The translations under genes were made by a program, and so were the position numbers. Shown piece after piece: positions 8,997 through 18,424 of a DNA stretch of 64,000 nt. Origin of the DNA: Bradymonadales bacterium (lineage in GTDB: Bacteria; Bdellovibrionota; UBA2394); assembly GCA_007693605.1 (NCBI GenBank), contig REDG01000046.1, positions 1 through 64,000 of the forward strand, in the 5' to 3' direction. The stretch's first letter is position 1; each line of letters begins with the position of its first letter. The notes under the pieces are model-generated. The model was not told the origin of the DNA and did no database searches. It saw only the letters and a list, made by a program, of their open reading frames with translations.

Positions 8997-9151
8997 GCAT
9001 GAGTTTTGGAAGCATCCGCTGGGGACCGCCTAGAGCTCCAAACAACTTCGATACCGTCCAGGGCCCGCTCCTTCTCGCGACAAAACTATCTACTCCACCT
9101 CCCGACCCAGGCGCTCGAAGAGCCCCATCGGCTGTCTTCAAAAACTCATGC
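8997..9151. repeat. 155-bp element bounded by imperfect inverted repeats (possible second MITE or structured RNA)
   Basis: Left arm GCATGAGTTTTGGAAGCATCCGCTGGGG; right arm CCCCATCGGCTGTCTTCAAAAACTCATGC. Confidence 0.6.
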
Positions 9152-9350
9152 CAAGTAGCTCAAGCAGTACTGCATCTATCAATGTTCTTTGGTGAACGAA
9201 CTGGCTTTAGAAGCCCAACCGCCCTAGTTGCAGTTCTTGTGGTCTTACCTTCATAAAGGTCCCTCGATCTCAGACCCCTGCCCAAGGGCTTCTGAAAATT
9301 CCGGTGAAAGAGGCTTGAGTGTGAGCCCCACTGCGGTAAAAACGAAGCTT

Positions 9351-10292
9351 ATGTCGAAAAAATTGGCCTTTGTTTTTCCGGGTCAGGGCTCTCAGGCCCC
9401 AGGAATGGGTTTTATGCTGGCCGATCGCTTTGAGGACTTTCGTGAGATCTACCTCGACCACCTTCAGCGAGCCGACCAAGCTCTGGGCTTCTCTTTGAGT
9501 AAAATCATGAAGGAGGGGCCAGAAAGCGAACTGAAGAAGACGGAAATCACACAGCCCGCCCTTCTTTGTCTGAGTTCTGCCGTCGGAAGCTGGCTTCGAA
9601 AAAATGAGATTGAAGCCCAAATCGCTTTGGGGCACTCCTTGGGTGAGTACTCTGCCCTGGTCTACGGCGGCTCTCTCAGTTTCGAAGACGCCATTCAATT
9701 GGTTTCTCGTCGAGGTCGATTCATGCGAGAGGCAGTTCCCCACGGAAAAGGGGGAATGGCCGCATTGATCGGAGCCAACGATGAAGAGGCCAAGAAACTC
9801 TGTGAAGAGGTTGGGGGAGAGGCCGGTGTTTTAGAGGTCTCTGTTTACAACTGTGCAGGACAGATCGTTATTTCTGGGGCCTCAGAAGCCCTGGACTTGG
9901 CTGAGAAAAGAGCCTCCAGTTTCGGGGTTCGAAAGTTCTCCCGTTTAGAAGTGGGCGGACCCTTTCACTCTTCGATGCTTCAAGGAGCGGGTGAAAAACT
10001 CTCAAAGGCCCTGGCATCGATCGAAATTCGAGAGCCTCTCGTGCCGATCATCTTTAATGTGGACGCCAAGGTTCATGGTGATCCAACGGAGATTCGAGAT
10101 CTCTTAAAGCAACAAGTCTATCGACCCGTTTTGTGGGCAGACTCAATACGGCTCGCAGGGGATGAAGGCTTCGATCACTTTGTTGAAGTGGGCTCTGGCA
10201 AGGTTTTGACCGGACTCATTCGAAAGATCCTGCCCGATGCGCAATGCCAGCCCGTCGATTTCCTACAAAAGCTTGAAATCTTAAGGGCTTGA
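9351..10292 (+). CDS. fabD: Malonyl-CoA:ACP transacylase
   Basis: FVFPGQGSQ, TQPAL, GHSLGEYSAL, PFHS, EVGSGKVLTGL; start ATG 9351. Confidence 0.95.
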   Translation: MSKKLAFVFPGQGSQAPGMGFMLADRFEDFREIYLDHLQRADQALGFSLSKIMKEGPESELKKTEITQPALLCLSSAVGSWLRKNEIEAQIALGHSLGEYSALVYGGSLSFEDAIQLVSRRGRFMREAVPHGKGGMAALIGANDEEAKKLCEEVGGEAGVLEVSVYNCAGQIVISGASEALDLAEKRASSFGVRKFSRLEVGGPFHSSMLQGAGEKLSKALASIEIREPLVPIIFNVDAKVHGDPTEIRDLLKQQVYRPVLWADSIRLAGDEGFDHFVEVGSGKVLTGLIRKILPDAQCQPVDFLQKLEILRA

Positions 10293-10383
10293 GAGGGCCT
10301 CTCTTTCAAAGCTGGAGCCCCCTGTTGAGTCCAGTGTTTCGAGGCTTTTAGGGCGATTCGGCTTCTGCTAGGCTCCAGGAGAA

Positions 10384-11754
10384 GTGAAAAAGGTTTTCAT
10401 TCAAACTTATGGCTGCCAGATGAATGAGTATGACTCTGAGCAAATGCGGCAGATCCTGTTTCGAGAGGGGTTTGAGTCTTGTGATCGTCCAGAAGATGCC
10501 CAACTTCTTTTGATTAATTCCTGTTCTGTTCGAGAAAAGTCTGAAGTAAAAGCCCTCAGCTTTCTGGGTCGAATGGCGCAGATCAAAGAGAAAGACCCCC
10601 ATAAGGTCATCGGCTTTGGCGGATGTGTCGGCCAAACAGAGGGTGAAAAGCTACTAAAGAGACACCGTTTTCTGGATTTTGCCTTTGGAACCAATAATTA
10701 CCGAGATCTGCCAAAGTTCTTAGAGGCTTTTCAAGATCGCTTCGAGTCAGAAGATGAAATGGAACCCCTCATTCCCCAGTCGCGGCCAGAGGCCAAAACT
10801 CAAGCCTTCATTACCATCACGAACGGATGCGACAAGTTTTGCTCTTATTGCATTGTGCCCTTCACTCGAGGTCGAGAGCTCAGTCGAGGTCCTGAAGAGA
10901 TTCTTCACGAGGCCAAGCTCCTCGTACAGCAAGGCGTCAGTGAGATTATGCTTTTGGGTCAAAATGTGAACAGCTATTGGGGGAAAGACAAGACTGGAAA
11001 ACACACGAGTCTTCATGAACTCTTGGTCTTGTTTCAAGAGGCTTCTACAGAAGGATTGGAAGGCCTAAGACGACTTCGATACACCACTTCGCACCCGAGA
11101 GATTTTGATGAAGAACTTGCCAGAGACTTTCGAGATCTTCCAATACTATGCGAATACCTTCATCTCCCCTTTCAGTCCGGGAGCGACCAAATTCTTAGAA
11201 AGATGCGGCGCTTTTACTCCATTGAAAGCTACTTAAGAAAGATGGAGATGGTAAAATCCTACTGCCCCGATATTGCTCTTTCGGCGGATGTGATTGTGGG
11301 CTTTCCGGGAGAAACGAGACAGGACTTTGAAGCGACGCTTAGAGTTTTAGAAGAAGTGGAGTTCGACAATGTCTATTCGTTTAAATACAGCGTCAGGCCC
11401 TACACTCGATCTGAAAAATGGGAAGACGATGTGCCCGCAGAGGAAAAGTCTGCCCGTATTCAAGAACTTCAACGGCTTCAGCGAAAGATTAGTGAGAAGA
11501 AATACTCTGAAGATGTGGGTCGCGTGGTTGAACTACTCTTAGAAGGAGCTTCTCGTGGGAACCCAGAGTTCTGGACAGGAAGGACACGAAAAAATCGAGT
11601 GGTTCACATTCCTACCGAAAGCTGGTTTAAAAAAGGACTTTTTGTGAATGCAAAGGTTCACTATGCAGCACACTCTTGGATGAAGGGAGACTTGATTTCA
11701 TGGGAAGATTCACAAGCCTCGAAAGCTCAGAGCTTTGCAAAGATTGGCGCTTAG
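10384..11754 (+). CDS. miaB: tRNA methylthiotransferase (radical SAM, TRAM domain)
   Basis: TYGCQMNEYDSE, CDKFCSYC, LLGQNVNSY, IVGFPGET. Confidence 0.95.
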   Translation: MKKVFIQTYGCQMNEYDSEQMRQILFREGFESCDRPEDAQLLLINSCSVREKSEVKALSFLGRMAQIKEKDPHKVIGFGGCVGQTEGEKLLKRHRFLDFAFGTNNYRDLPKFLEAFQDRFESEDEMEPLIPQSRPEAKTQAFITITNGCDKFCSYCIVPFTRGRELSRGPEEILHEAKLLVQQGVSEIMLLGQNVNSYWGKDKTGKHTSLHELLVLFQEASTEGLEGLRRLRYTTSHPRDFDEELARDFRDLPILCEYLHLPFQSGSDQILRKMRRFYSIESYLRKMEMVKSYCPDIALSADVIVGFPGETRQDFEATLRVLEEVEFDNVYSFKYSVRPYTRSEKWEDDVPAEEKSARIQELQRLQRKISEKKYSEDVGRVVELLLEGASRGNPEFWTGRTRKNRVVHIPTESWFKKGLFVNAKVHYAAHSWMKGDLISWEDSQASKAQSFAKIGA

Positions 11755-12155
11755 AGGATCGGGCCGCCTTAGCTCAGTTTTTAGAGAAACAAGAGTTGAA
11801 AGCCGGGGAACATCTCTTCTTTGAAAAATCGGTTGAACAAAAACTCTACTTCATTGATTCCGGCCGCCTGAAGATTCAGTTCGGAAGTTACCACACAGAA
11901 CTTGGGCCAGGAGAATCTCTTGGTGAACTCTCTCTCGTGGCGAAACAAGAGAAACAGATTACCGCCACCGCTCTCGATCTCTGCCTCTTTTGGGTCATTA
12001 CCGAAGGGGCTTGGAGCCGAATGAAACACGAAGCGCCAGAAGTGGCGACAAGGCTATTGGAATCTATTCAGATGAAGTACGCCAGACTGCTCTCAAGCAA
12101 TGTGGCTCCGCCGCAACTCAGCAGTGCCGGGACGGAGCCGACTAAAACTGTCTAA
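11700..12155 (+). CDS. Stand-alone cyclic-nucleotide-binding domain protein (start ATG 11700 or 11676)
   Basis: LKAGEHLF, LYFIDSGRLKI, LGPGESLGELSL, ITATAL pattern. Confidence 0.75.
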   Translation: MGRFTSLESSELCKDWRLEDRAALAQFLEKQELKAGEHLFFEKSVEQKLYFIDSGRLKIQFGSYHTELGPGESLGELSLVAKQEKQITATALDLCLFWVITEGAWSRMKHEAPEVATRLLESIQMKYARLLSSNVAPPQLSSAGTEPTKTV

Positions 12156-12755
12156 GAAGCTCTCGATCAAATCTTCTAGACTGCAGTGGATGCCTTCTTT
12201 CTCAAGAGAAGTCATGACGCTTGCATCAAAGTTACAAGGTCGAATCTTCTCGAAGGCCAAAAGATCATTCGATACATTCAGAGCAATCCCGTGATAGGTC
12301 ACCCAGCGGCGCACTGCCACGCCAATACTGGCGATCTTTCTAGGGGGAGCTTCTGGCTCTGAACGAAGCCAAACCCCTGTGGGGCCGAAACGACCAGCCT
12401 CTAGCGAATAGCCGCTCAAAACATCGATCACCCAATCCTCACAAAACCGAAGATACTCAGAAAGTCCGTGCTGAAAAATCGAGCCATTCAACTTCAAGAG
12501 TGGATAGATTACAAGCTGCCCTGGCCCATGCCAAGTAAGGTCTCCGCCCCGTTCGATAAAGAAGATTTTCGCATCCTTTTGTAAAAGATTCTCTTCGCGA
12601 TATCTTCGGCCGGCCGTAATGACCTCTTCGTGCTCACAAAAAATCAGAGCTTCCTCTGCCTGGCCTTTGGCAATGGCCTCCACTCTCTCCTTCTGAAAGC
12701 GCCAAATCTCTTCGTAAGAACGAGAGTTTTCTCCAAGAAATCGAAACTGCTGCAT
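12093..12755 (-). CDS. lipB: Octanoyltransferase
   Basis: RGGDLTWHGPGQLVIYP, KIASIG, TYHGIALN, IRPC. Confidence 0.95.
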   Translation of the reverse strand: MQQFRFLGENSRSYEEIWRFQKERVEAIAKGQAEEALIFCEHEEVITAGRRYREENLLQKDAKIFFIERGGDLTWHGPGQLVIYPLLKLNGSIFQHGLSEYLRFCEDWVIDVLSGYSLEAGRFGPTGVWLRSEPEAPPRKIASIGVAVRRWVTYHGIALNVSNDLLAFEKIRPCNFDASVMTSLEKEGIHCSLEDLIESFLDSFSRLRPGTAELRRSHIA

Positions 12756-12790
12756 ATATCGAGCGCCTCTTTATTCGAAGGCTCGCCCTC

Positions 12791-14245
12791 CTAGCCCCTC
12801 GCCTGTTTAGCCTGAGACTCGGCGCTGGATTTCCCGGGCTGAAAGACATGAATCGCATGCCCATAGTAAGACTCTGCAGCCTCCATGATGGCCTCTGGAT
12901 AAGTCGGGTGTGTATGAATGGTCAGAGCCAAATCCTCAACACTCGCCCCCATCTCGATCGCCAAAGCCGCCTCAGCAATGAGGTTGCCGGCATCTTGGCC
13001 TACAATATGAACCCCCAACAGGTCGTTGTTCTTGGCATCTCCGATAATTTTAACAAAACCCTCCGAACGATGATTCGCCAATGCCCGGCCCAGGGCTGCA
13101 AAAGGAAACTTTGCCACCTTAACATTGAGGCCCTTCTCTTTCGCCTCCTTTTCGGAGATTCCCACAGAGGCCACCTCTGGTTCGGTAAAAATCGCGGCAG
13201 GAATTACTTTGTAGTCCAGCTGAGCCTTGGAGTCTCCGGCCAGATGAGCGGCTGCCACCAATGCTTCATGAGACGCGCGATGCGCCAGCGCCGGCCCTTC
13301 GGTCACATCTCCAATCGCATAAATTCTTGTCTGATTAGTCTGCAACGAGGAGTTTACGGAAATGAAACCCCGATCGTTCGTCTTCACGCCAGCTTTCTCT
13401 AAATTCAAAGCCTCTAGATAAGGCTTTCTGCCTACACTCACGAGAACCAAATCGGTCTCAAAGGTCTTCTCCTCTCCCGATTTACTGCTTCCGCGCACTA
13501 AGACCTTCTTCGCTTTCTTATCGACCCCTTCAACCTTAAAGCCCGTGTGAATGCTGGCTCCCCTCTTCTTCATCGCCTTTTCTACCACTGCGGCAATGTC
13601 AGCATCGGTGCCCCCTAGAATCTGATCGGCATACTCCAGTACGGTGACCTCAGTGCCCATCATCGAATAAAAGCAGCCAAGCTCCATCCCGATATATCCG
13701 CCGCCAATCAAGACCATCTTCTTTGGAATGCTCGAAAGATTTAAAGCCTCTTTGCTCGTGATCACTGTCTTTTTGTCAATCTCAATGCCGGGCAAACTCG
13801 TCGAGCTAGAGCCCGTGGCAATCACCGCCTTCTCGAACTGAAACTTCTCTTTCTTCTTCGAGTCGTTAAGCTCGACTTGAATCTCCTTGTCTGACAGAAA
13901 ACTCGCGGTTCCCATAAAGACATCAATTCCGTGTCGCTTGCAAAGCCCCCCAATCCCTTGAGTCAACTTAGAGACCACCGAATCCTTCCAAGCTTGGGTC
14001 TTCTTAAAGTCTACCTTCAGATTCGTGAACTCAATGCCCATCTCTGAGGCCTGATGCTCTAGGGTTTCATACAGATGCCCGACATGAATCAAGGCCTTAG
14101 AAGGAATACAGCCCCAATTCAAACAAGTGCCCCCCAGCTCATCGCGGTCAATCAGGGCCACCGAACTTCCGAGTTGAGCGAGACGAATCGCACAAACATA
14201 GCCTCCAGGTCCTGCCCCAATCACCACTGCGTCATATTTCTTCAT
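12791..14245 (-). CDS. lpdA: Dihydrolipoamide dehydrogenase (E3)
   Basis: GAGPGGY, GGTCLNWGCIPSK, IHTHPTYPE. Confidence 0.96.
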   Translation of the reverse strand: MKKYDAVVIGAGPGGYVCAIRLAQLGSSVALIDRDELGGTCLNWGCIPSKALIHVGHLYETLEHQASEMGIEFTNLKVDFKKTQAWKDSVVSKLTQGIGGLCKRHGIDVFMGTASFLSDKEIQVELNDSKKKEKFQFEKAVIATGSSSTSLPGIEIDKKTVITSKEALNLSSIPKKMVLIGGGYIGMELGCFYSMMGTEVTVLEYADQILGGTDADIAAVVEKAMKKRGASIHTGFKVEGVDKKAKKVLVRGSSKSGEEKTFETDLVLVSVGRKPYLEALNLEKAGVKTNDRGFISVNSSLQTNQTRIYAIGDVTEGPALAHRASHEALVAAAHLAGDSKAQLDYKVIPAAIFTEPEVASVGISEKEAKEKGLNVKVAKFPFAALGRALANHRSEGFVKIIGDAKNNDLLGVHIVGQDAGNLIAEAALAIEMGASVEDLALTIHTHPTYPEAIMEAAESYYGHAIHVFQPGKSSAESQAKQARG

Positions 14246-14287
14246 ACAATCAACCTTTCTTTTCTACACTCACCCAACGACTGGCTT

Positions 14288-15538
14288 TCAGTAAAAGGCC
14301 ATTTTCCCTGGGTTTTCTAAATAATCACAAAGTCGTCTCAAAAATTCTGCGGCCGTCGCCCCGTCCACAAGTCGATGATCGCAAGTAATATTCGTATACA
14401 TCATGGGTCGTGCGACAATCACTTCTTCTCCGTCAACCTCTCGCACAACGGGCCGCTTCTTGATCTGATACATTCCCAAAATACAGGCCTCTGGAAAATT
14501 GATCACCGGTGTCGCGTGAAGACCGCCGATGCTTCCCACATTCGTCACGGTGATGGTCGATCCGGTCAAGTCCTGAACGCTCGCTTTGTTCGTTCGAGCC
14601 CGATCCACAACGGCTTTTAGATCTGCCGCAATCTCAAAGATCGTTTTTCGATCACAATCTCTCAAAACCGCAACCAAAAGACCGTTGTCGGTTTGAACGG
14701 AAACCCCAAAATGATAGTAATGCTTCACGACAATTTCATTGGCCTTCTCGTCCAAACTGGCATTCAAGGTCGGATGCTTCTTGAGCGCAGCAATCGCCGC
14801 CTTGATATAAAAAGGTAAAAAACTAAGTCGAGTTAAATTGTTTTTCTCTGCGTAAGCATTGGCCTCATCTCGCAACTTGATAATTTCGGTGAAATCAGCC
14901 TCATCATGATGAGTGAAATGCACGGCCGTAAAGGCCGATCGAGAAAGAGACTCCGCAATCTTTCGCCTGACGCCCACGAAAGGAATACGCTCTTCGCCGC
15001 CAGCCAAAGCTTGCAAAGAGGCCCCTCCTGAAGAGGACCGAGCTCCAGACGCTGCCCCCGACTCAAGATCCGTTCGCAAAACTCTACCCCGATCTCCACT
15101 CCCCTCAATCACACTCAAATCGACCCCCTTTTCCCTTGCCATGCGACGGACCGCGGGGGAGGCCAGAACGCGCTCCGTAGAACTAGATGAAGATCCAGAC
15201 AAGACTCTGCCCGTGGTGGCCTCTCGTTTTTCTTCCTGATGAGACTCTTCGGTCGCCTGTTTCTCTTCGGGCTTCGCCGACTCTTTTTCCTTTGTGGCTT
15301 CTCCTGCGACCGCAATATCGATGAGATCTGAACCCACGGCCGCAACATCTCCGACCTTATAAAATAACTTCGAGACTTTTCCGGAGGCCGGAGCGGGCAC
15401 TTCAACCGTGGCCTTATCTGTCATCACTTCGACCATCGTCGCATCGGCCTTGATCGCGTCACCTTCTTTGACTTTCCAAGATACAATCTCCCCTTCTTCA
15501 AGACCTTCACCCAACTCCGGTAGTTTAAAAATACTCAT
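14288..15538 (-). CDS. Dihydrolipoamide acyltransferase (E2) of a 2-oxoacid dehydrogenase complex
   Basis: Lipoyl motif EVMTDKATVEVP, E3-binding ASPAVRRMARE, catalytic DHRLVDG; substrate not resolvable, no E1 in window. Confidence 0.92.
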   Translation of the reverse strand: MSIFKLPELGEGLEEGEIVSWKVKEGDAIKADATMVEVMTDKATVEVPAPASGKVSKLFYKVGDVAAVGSDLIDIAVAGEATKEKESAKPEEKQATEESHQEEKREATTGRVLSGSSSSSTERVLASPAVRRMAREKGVDLSVIEGSGDRGRVLRTDLESGAASGARSSSGGASLQALAGGEERIPFVGVRRKIAESLSRSAFTAVHFTHHDEADFTEIIKLRDEANAYAEKNNLTRLSFLPFYIKAAIAALKKHPTLNASLDEKANEIVVKHYYHFGVSVQTDNGLLVAVLRDCDRKTIFEIAADLKAVVDRARTNKASVQDLTGSTITVTNVGSIGGLHATPVINFPEACILGMYQIKKRPVVREVDGEEVIVARPMMYTNITCDHRLVDGATAAEFLRRLCDYLENPGKMAFY

Positions 15539-15554
15539 AAGTCTCTCCTTCTTA

Positions 15555-16496
15555 TCACTGTGCTAACTGCCTCTTTCGAACCTCTGATTGCAGAAAAACT
15601 TCGGCGGCTCGGTAACTGCTTCGCACCATCGGCCCCGACGCTACAAAACGAAAGCCCAGCTCATAAGCTTTCTGCTCCAATGCCTTGAACTCTGATGGCG
15701 GCACATAGCGAACAACCGGGTGGTGAAACTTGGTCGGCTGTAGATACTGCCCGAGCGTTACCACCTCCACTTGAGCCTCACGAAGCTCCTGCAAACAATC
15801 TTCTACTTCTTGAAAACTCTCCCCCAAACCCAACATGATGGAAGACTTCGTGACTTTATGTGGCGCTTGGCGCTTCACCTCTCGGTGGTACTCCAATGAA
15901 ATATCGTGGCGGCAGCGAGCGTCTCGAACACTCGGCACCAATCGTCTTACGGTCTCCACATTATGAGCCATCACATCGACCCCGGCCTTGAGCATGCGAG
16001 CGATGGCCGCGCTTTGAGTCCTACGGAAATCTGGAGTTAAAGTTTCTACCAAAACTCCCGGCCGCTCTTCTTTGATCTTCTCGACACAGCGGGCGAAGTG
16101 CTCTGCGCCCTCATCTTCCAGATCATCTCGGTTCACGCTGGTCAGAACGACATAATCAAGACTCAAAGTCTTTACACTTTCAGCGAGTTTTTCTGGTTCC
16201 TGAGAATCCAAAGCTCTGGGCTTCCCGCCATTGACATGACAGAACTTGCAGGCACGAGTGCAAGTGTCGCCCATCAACATAAAAGTGGCCGTTCCTGAGT
16301 TCCAGCACTCATAAATATTGGGACACCGCGCCTCGGAGCAAACGGTTGCCAAAGCATGCTTCTGCACCAAGCCAGAAATTTTCTGATAGCGCTCCCCCTG
16401 TTCAAATCGGATTTTAAACCAGTCCGGCTTCTTCTTCGGAAGTTCCACAGGCAGGGGATTTCCCTGTATTTTCATAGGCTTTTGGGGTCGAGGCAC
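15555..16496 (-). CDS. lipA: Lipoyl synthase
   Basis: CSEARCPNIYEC, CTRACKFC, VRSSYRA. Confidence 0.96.
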   Translation of the reverse strand: MPRPQKPMKIQGNPLPVELPKKKPDWFKIRFEQGERYQKISGLVQKHALATVCSEARCPNIYECWNSGTATFMLMGDTCTRACKFCHVNGGKPRALDSQEPEKLAESVKTLSLDYVVLTSVNRDDLEDEGAEHFARCVEKIKEERPGVLVETLTPDFRRTQSAAIARMLKAGVDVMAHNVETVRRLVPSVRDARCRHDISLEYHREVKRQAPHKVTKSSIMLGLGESFQEVEDCLQELREAQVEVVTLGQYLQPTKFHHPVVRYVPPSEFKALEQKAYELGFRFVASGPMVRSSYRAAEVFLQSEVRKRQLAQ

Positions 16497-16552
16497 GACC
16501 TAACTAAACACCCTTTTTGAGGCGATTACAAGCTTGATCCATACGACAAAAG

Positions 16553-17578
16553 CTAAGCACTTTTAGGTATTTGTATCGAATTCAGCAGGCGCTCAATCAA
16601 TTCAGAATAAGGGACTCCTGCAAGCTGCATCAGCCTTGGATACATGCTGATGGGCGTGAATCCTGGCATGGTATTGATCTCGTTCAACAGAAGCTCTCCA
16701 CTCTCTGTCAGAAAAAAATCTACCCGAGCCAAAGCCTGACAACCGATCGAATCAAAGACCGACCAAGCCGCTGACTCCAAACTCCTAGCCTGCTCGTCCG
16801 TCAAGTCTGCGGGCGCAATCAGGTCGACCCCCTTGCTAGACACATACTTTGCGTCGTAAGAATAAAACTCAAAGTCTGTGCATCGGATTTCTCCGCCAGG
16901 ACTGGCGATTCTGTTTTGACCATCATCCAACAGGGCGATTTCAATCTCTCGGCCCACGACCTTTGGCTCGACCATTGCCACTGGACCCTGCTTCCAAGCT
17001 TCTTTCAAAGCCTCTTCCCAATCTTTCTCGCTCTTCACAAGGCTCACCCCTAAGCTACTGCCGGAACCGCTAGGCTTCACAAAACAAGGAAGATTTTTTG
17101 GGGCTGCCAGCCTCGCCCCTTGTCGAACCAACTCAAAAGGAATCACATTGACCCCTCGCCTTTGGGCCATCAATTTCGTAAGGGCTTTATCCATACCCAG
17201 CACCGAAGCGCGAAGACCCGCGCCCACAAATGGAATTCCCAAAGTCTCAAGAAAGCCCTGAATTCTACCGTCTTCGCCCCCCGTTCCGTGAAGCAATGGA
17301 AAGGCAAGGTCGATGGGGATGCTTGATTCTTTCAAACGAATTCCGGCCTTTTCAAATCGAAGGGGCTGACCTCCCAGGTCTAAGCTTTGGTCTGGCTGAT
17401 CTGAAATCGCAGCCAGTCGGTCTTCAGAAACCAAACGAAAAACTCCGTCTCGATCCCACCAGATAATTCTTAAATCATAAAGCTCCCGCTTCATGGCGCG
17501 AACAAAGTGCTTCGCAGAAATGAGAGAGATTTCATGCTCTCCTGAAGGCCCCCCACATAAGAGAGCTAAAGACTTCAT
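16553..17578 (-). CDS. ddl: D-alanine--D-alanine ligase
   Basis: GGPSGEHEIS, LHGTGGEDG, GSSLG, YSYDAKY, NEINTMPGFT. Confidence 0.95.
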   Translation of the reverse strand: MKSLALLCGGPSGEHEISLISAKHFVRAMKRELYDLRIIWWDRDGVFRLVSEDRLAAISDQPDQSLDLGGQPLRFEKAGIRLKESSIPIDLAFPLLHGTGGEDGRIQGFLETLGIPFVGAGLRASVLGMDKALTKLMAQRRGVNVIPFELVRQGARLAAPKNLPCFVKPSGSGSSLGVSLVKSEKDWEEALKEAWKQGPVAMVEPKVVGREIEIALLDDGQNRIASPGGEIRCTDFEFYSYDAKYVSSKGVDLIAPADLTDEQARSLESAAWSVFDSIGCQALARVDFFLTESGELLLNEINTMPGFTPISMYPRLMQLAGVPYSELIERLLNSIQIPKSA

Positions 17579-17582
17579 TCTC

Positions 17583-18128
17583 TTAGTTCTTCCACTTGAT
17601 GCTGCAGCCGATGGCCGAAGTTTGACTAAACGGAGGGTCTTGACCCTCTAAGAGAGAAGAAATCACTTCATCGAGATAGTGGCGCTTTACCAGTTTGGGG
17701 TCTTGCTGATCATCCAGTCGACCATGATATCGAAGCTTTCTAGTCGAATCGTAGACGAAAAACTCTGGAGTGCAGGCCGCCCCGATGGATTTCGCAAAAG
17801 ATTGAGTCTCGTCTCGTAGATACAAGAAAGAGAAAGCCTTTTCTTTTGCTCTCTCTTTCATTCGATCGAAAGCGTCGTCTGGATAAGCCACAGCATCATT
17901 GGAATTCACGCACAGAACACTCACCGGAGCCTCTTTGTACTTGCTTGCCAAAGCGCTTATTCGCTCCTCGTAAGCCTGGACATAGGGGCAGTGATTGCAA
18001 GTGATTCCGACCACCAAAACCTTGGAACTGTCAAAGTCTTCGAGACGATAGGTTTTTCCATCGACCCCCTGCAATTCGAAGTTTGGAAGATCTGTCATCA
18101 ACTGAATTTCTTGAGATTGAGTTGCCAT
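17583..18128 (-). CDS. Thioredoxin-family (AhpC/TSA-like) redoxin
   Basis: CNHCPYV, ACTPEFF, YHGRLDD, GCSIKW. Confidence 0.9.
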   Translation of the reverse strand: MATQSQEIQLMTDLPNFELQGVDGKTYRLEDFDSSKVLVVGITCNHCPYVQAYEERISALASKYKEAPVSVLCVNSNDAVAYPDDAFDRMKERAKEKAFSFLYLRDETQSFAKSIGAACTPEFFVYDSTRKLRYHGRLDDQQDPKLVKRHYLDEVISSLLEGQDPPFSQTSAIGCSIKWKN

Positions 18129-18186
18129 CTGTTGACTAGAGCATCAGTTCAAAAAATAATCAATTGAAAGGCCCTCAGCAGGAGAA

Positions 18187-18223
18187 GCCGACACTGCAAC
18201 GAGGGGCAGATGGGCCTTTAGCG
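18187..18223 (+). repeat. Family A repeat, partial copy in tandem with the longest copy
   Basis: GCCGACACTGCAACGAGGGGCAGATGGGCCTTTAGCG. Confidence 0.8.
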
Positions 18224-18230
18224 GTTCATG

Positions 18231-18424
18231 GAGAGTGGCGATAAAGGTCCAGATGCGCGAAGGCAAGGAGCGAGCAGCGGAATGTAGTTTTGATACTACT
18301 TGAGCAGCGCAGCGACGCAGCCGCCACTGCAAGGCGGGAAAGGAGCCTTGCAGCTATCCGCAAAATGGAGTCGACCGGAGGTCGACCTGAATGAGGGGGC
18401 AGATGGGCCTTTAGCGCCACTCTC
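18231..18424 (+). repeat. Family A MITE/REP-like repeat, longest copy (194 bp); right end overlaps the TGA of the TPR gene
   Basis: GAGAGTGGCGATAAAGGTCCAGATGC ... GCAGATGGGCCTTTAGCGCCACTCTC, with internal hairpins GTAGT/ACTAC, CTGCAAGGC/GCCTTGCAG and GTCGACC/GGTCGAC. Confidence 0.92.

Noticed and set aside
8698..9256. Short ORFs sharing KGPSA-like peptides (8698; also 3630, 18296, 43541) and the overlapping 8845 and 8999 ORFs
   Set aside because: They are translations of the repeat DNA, not a protein family.
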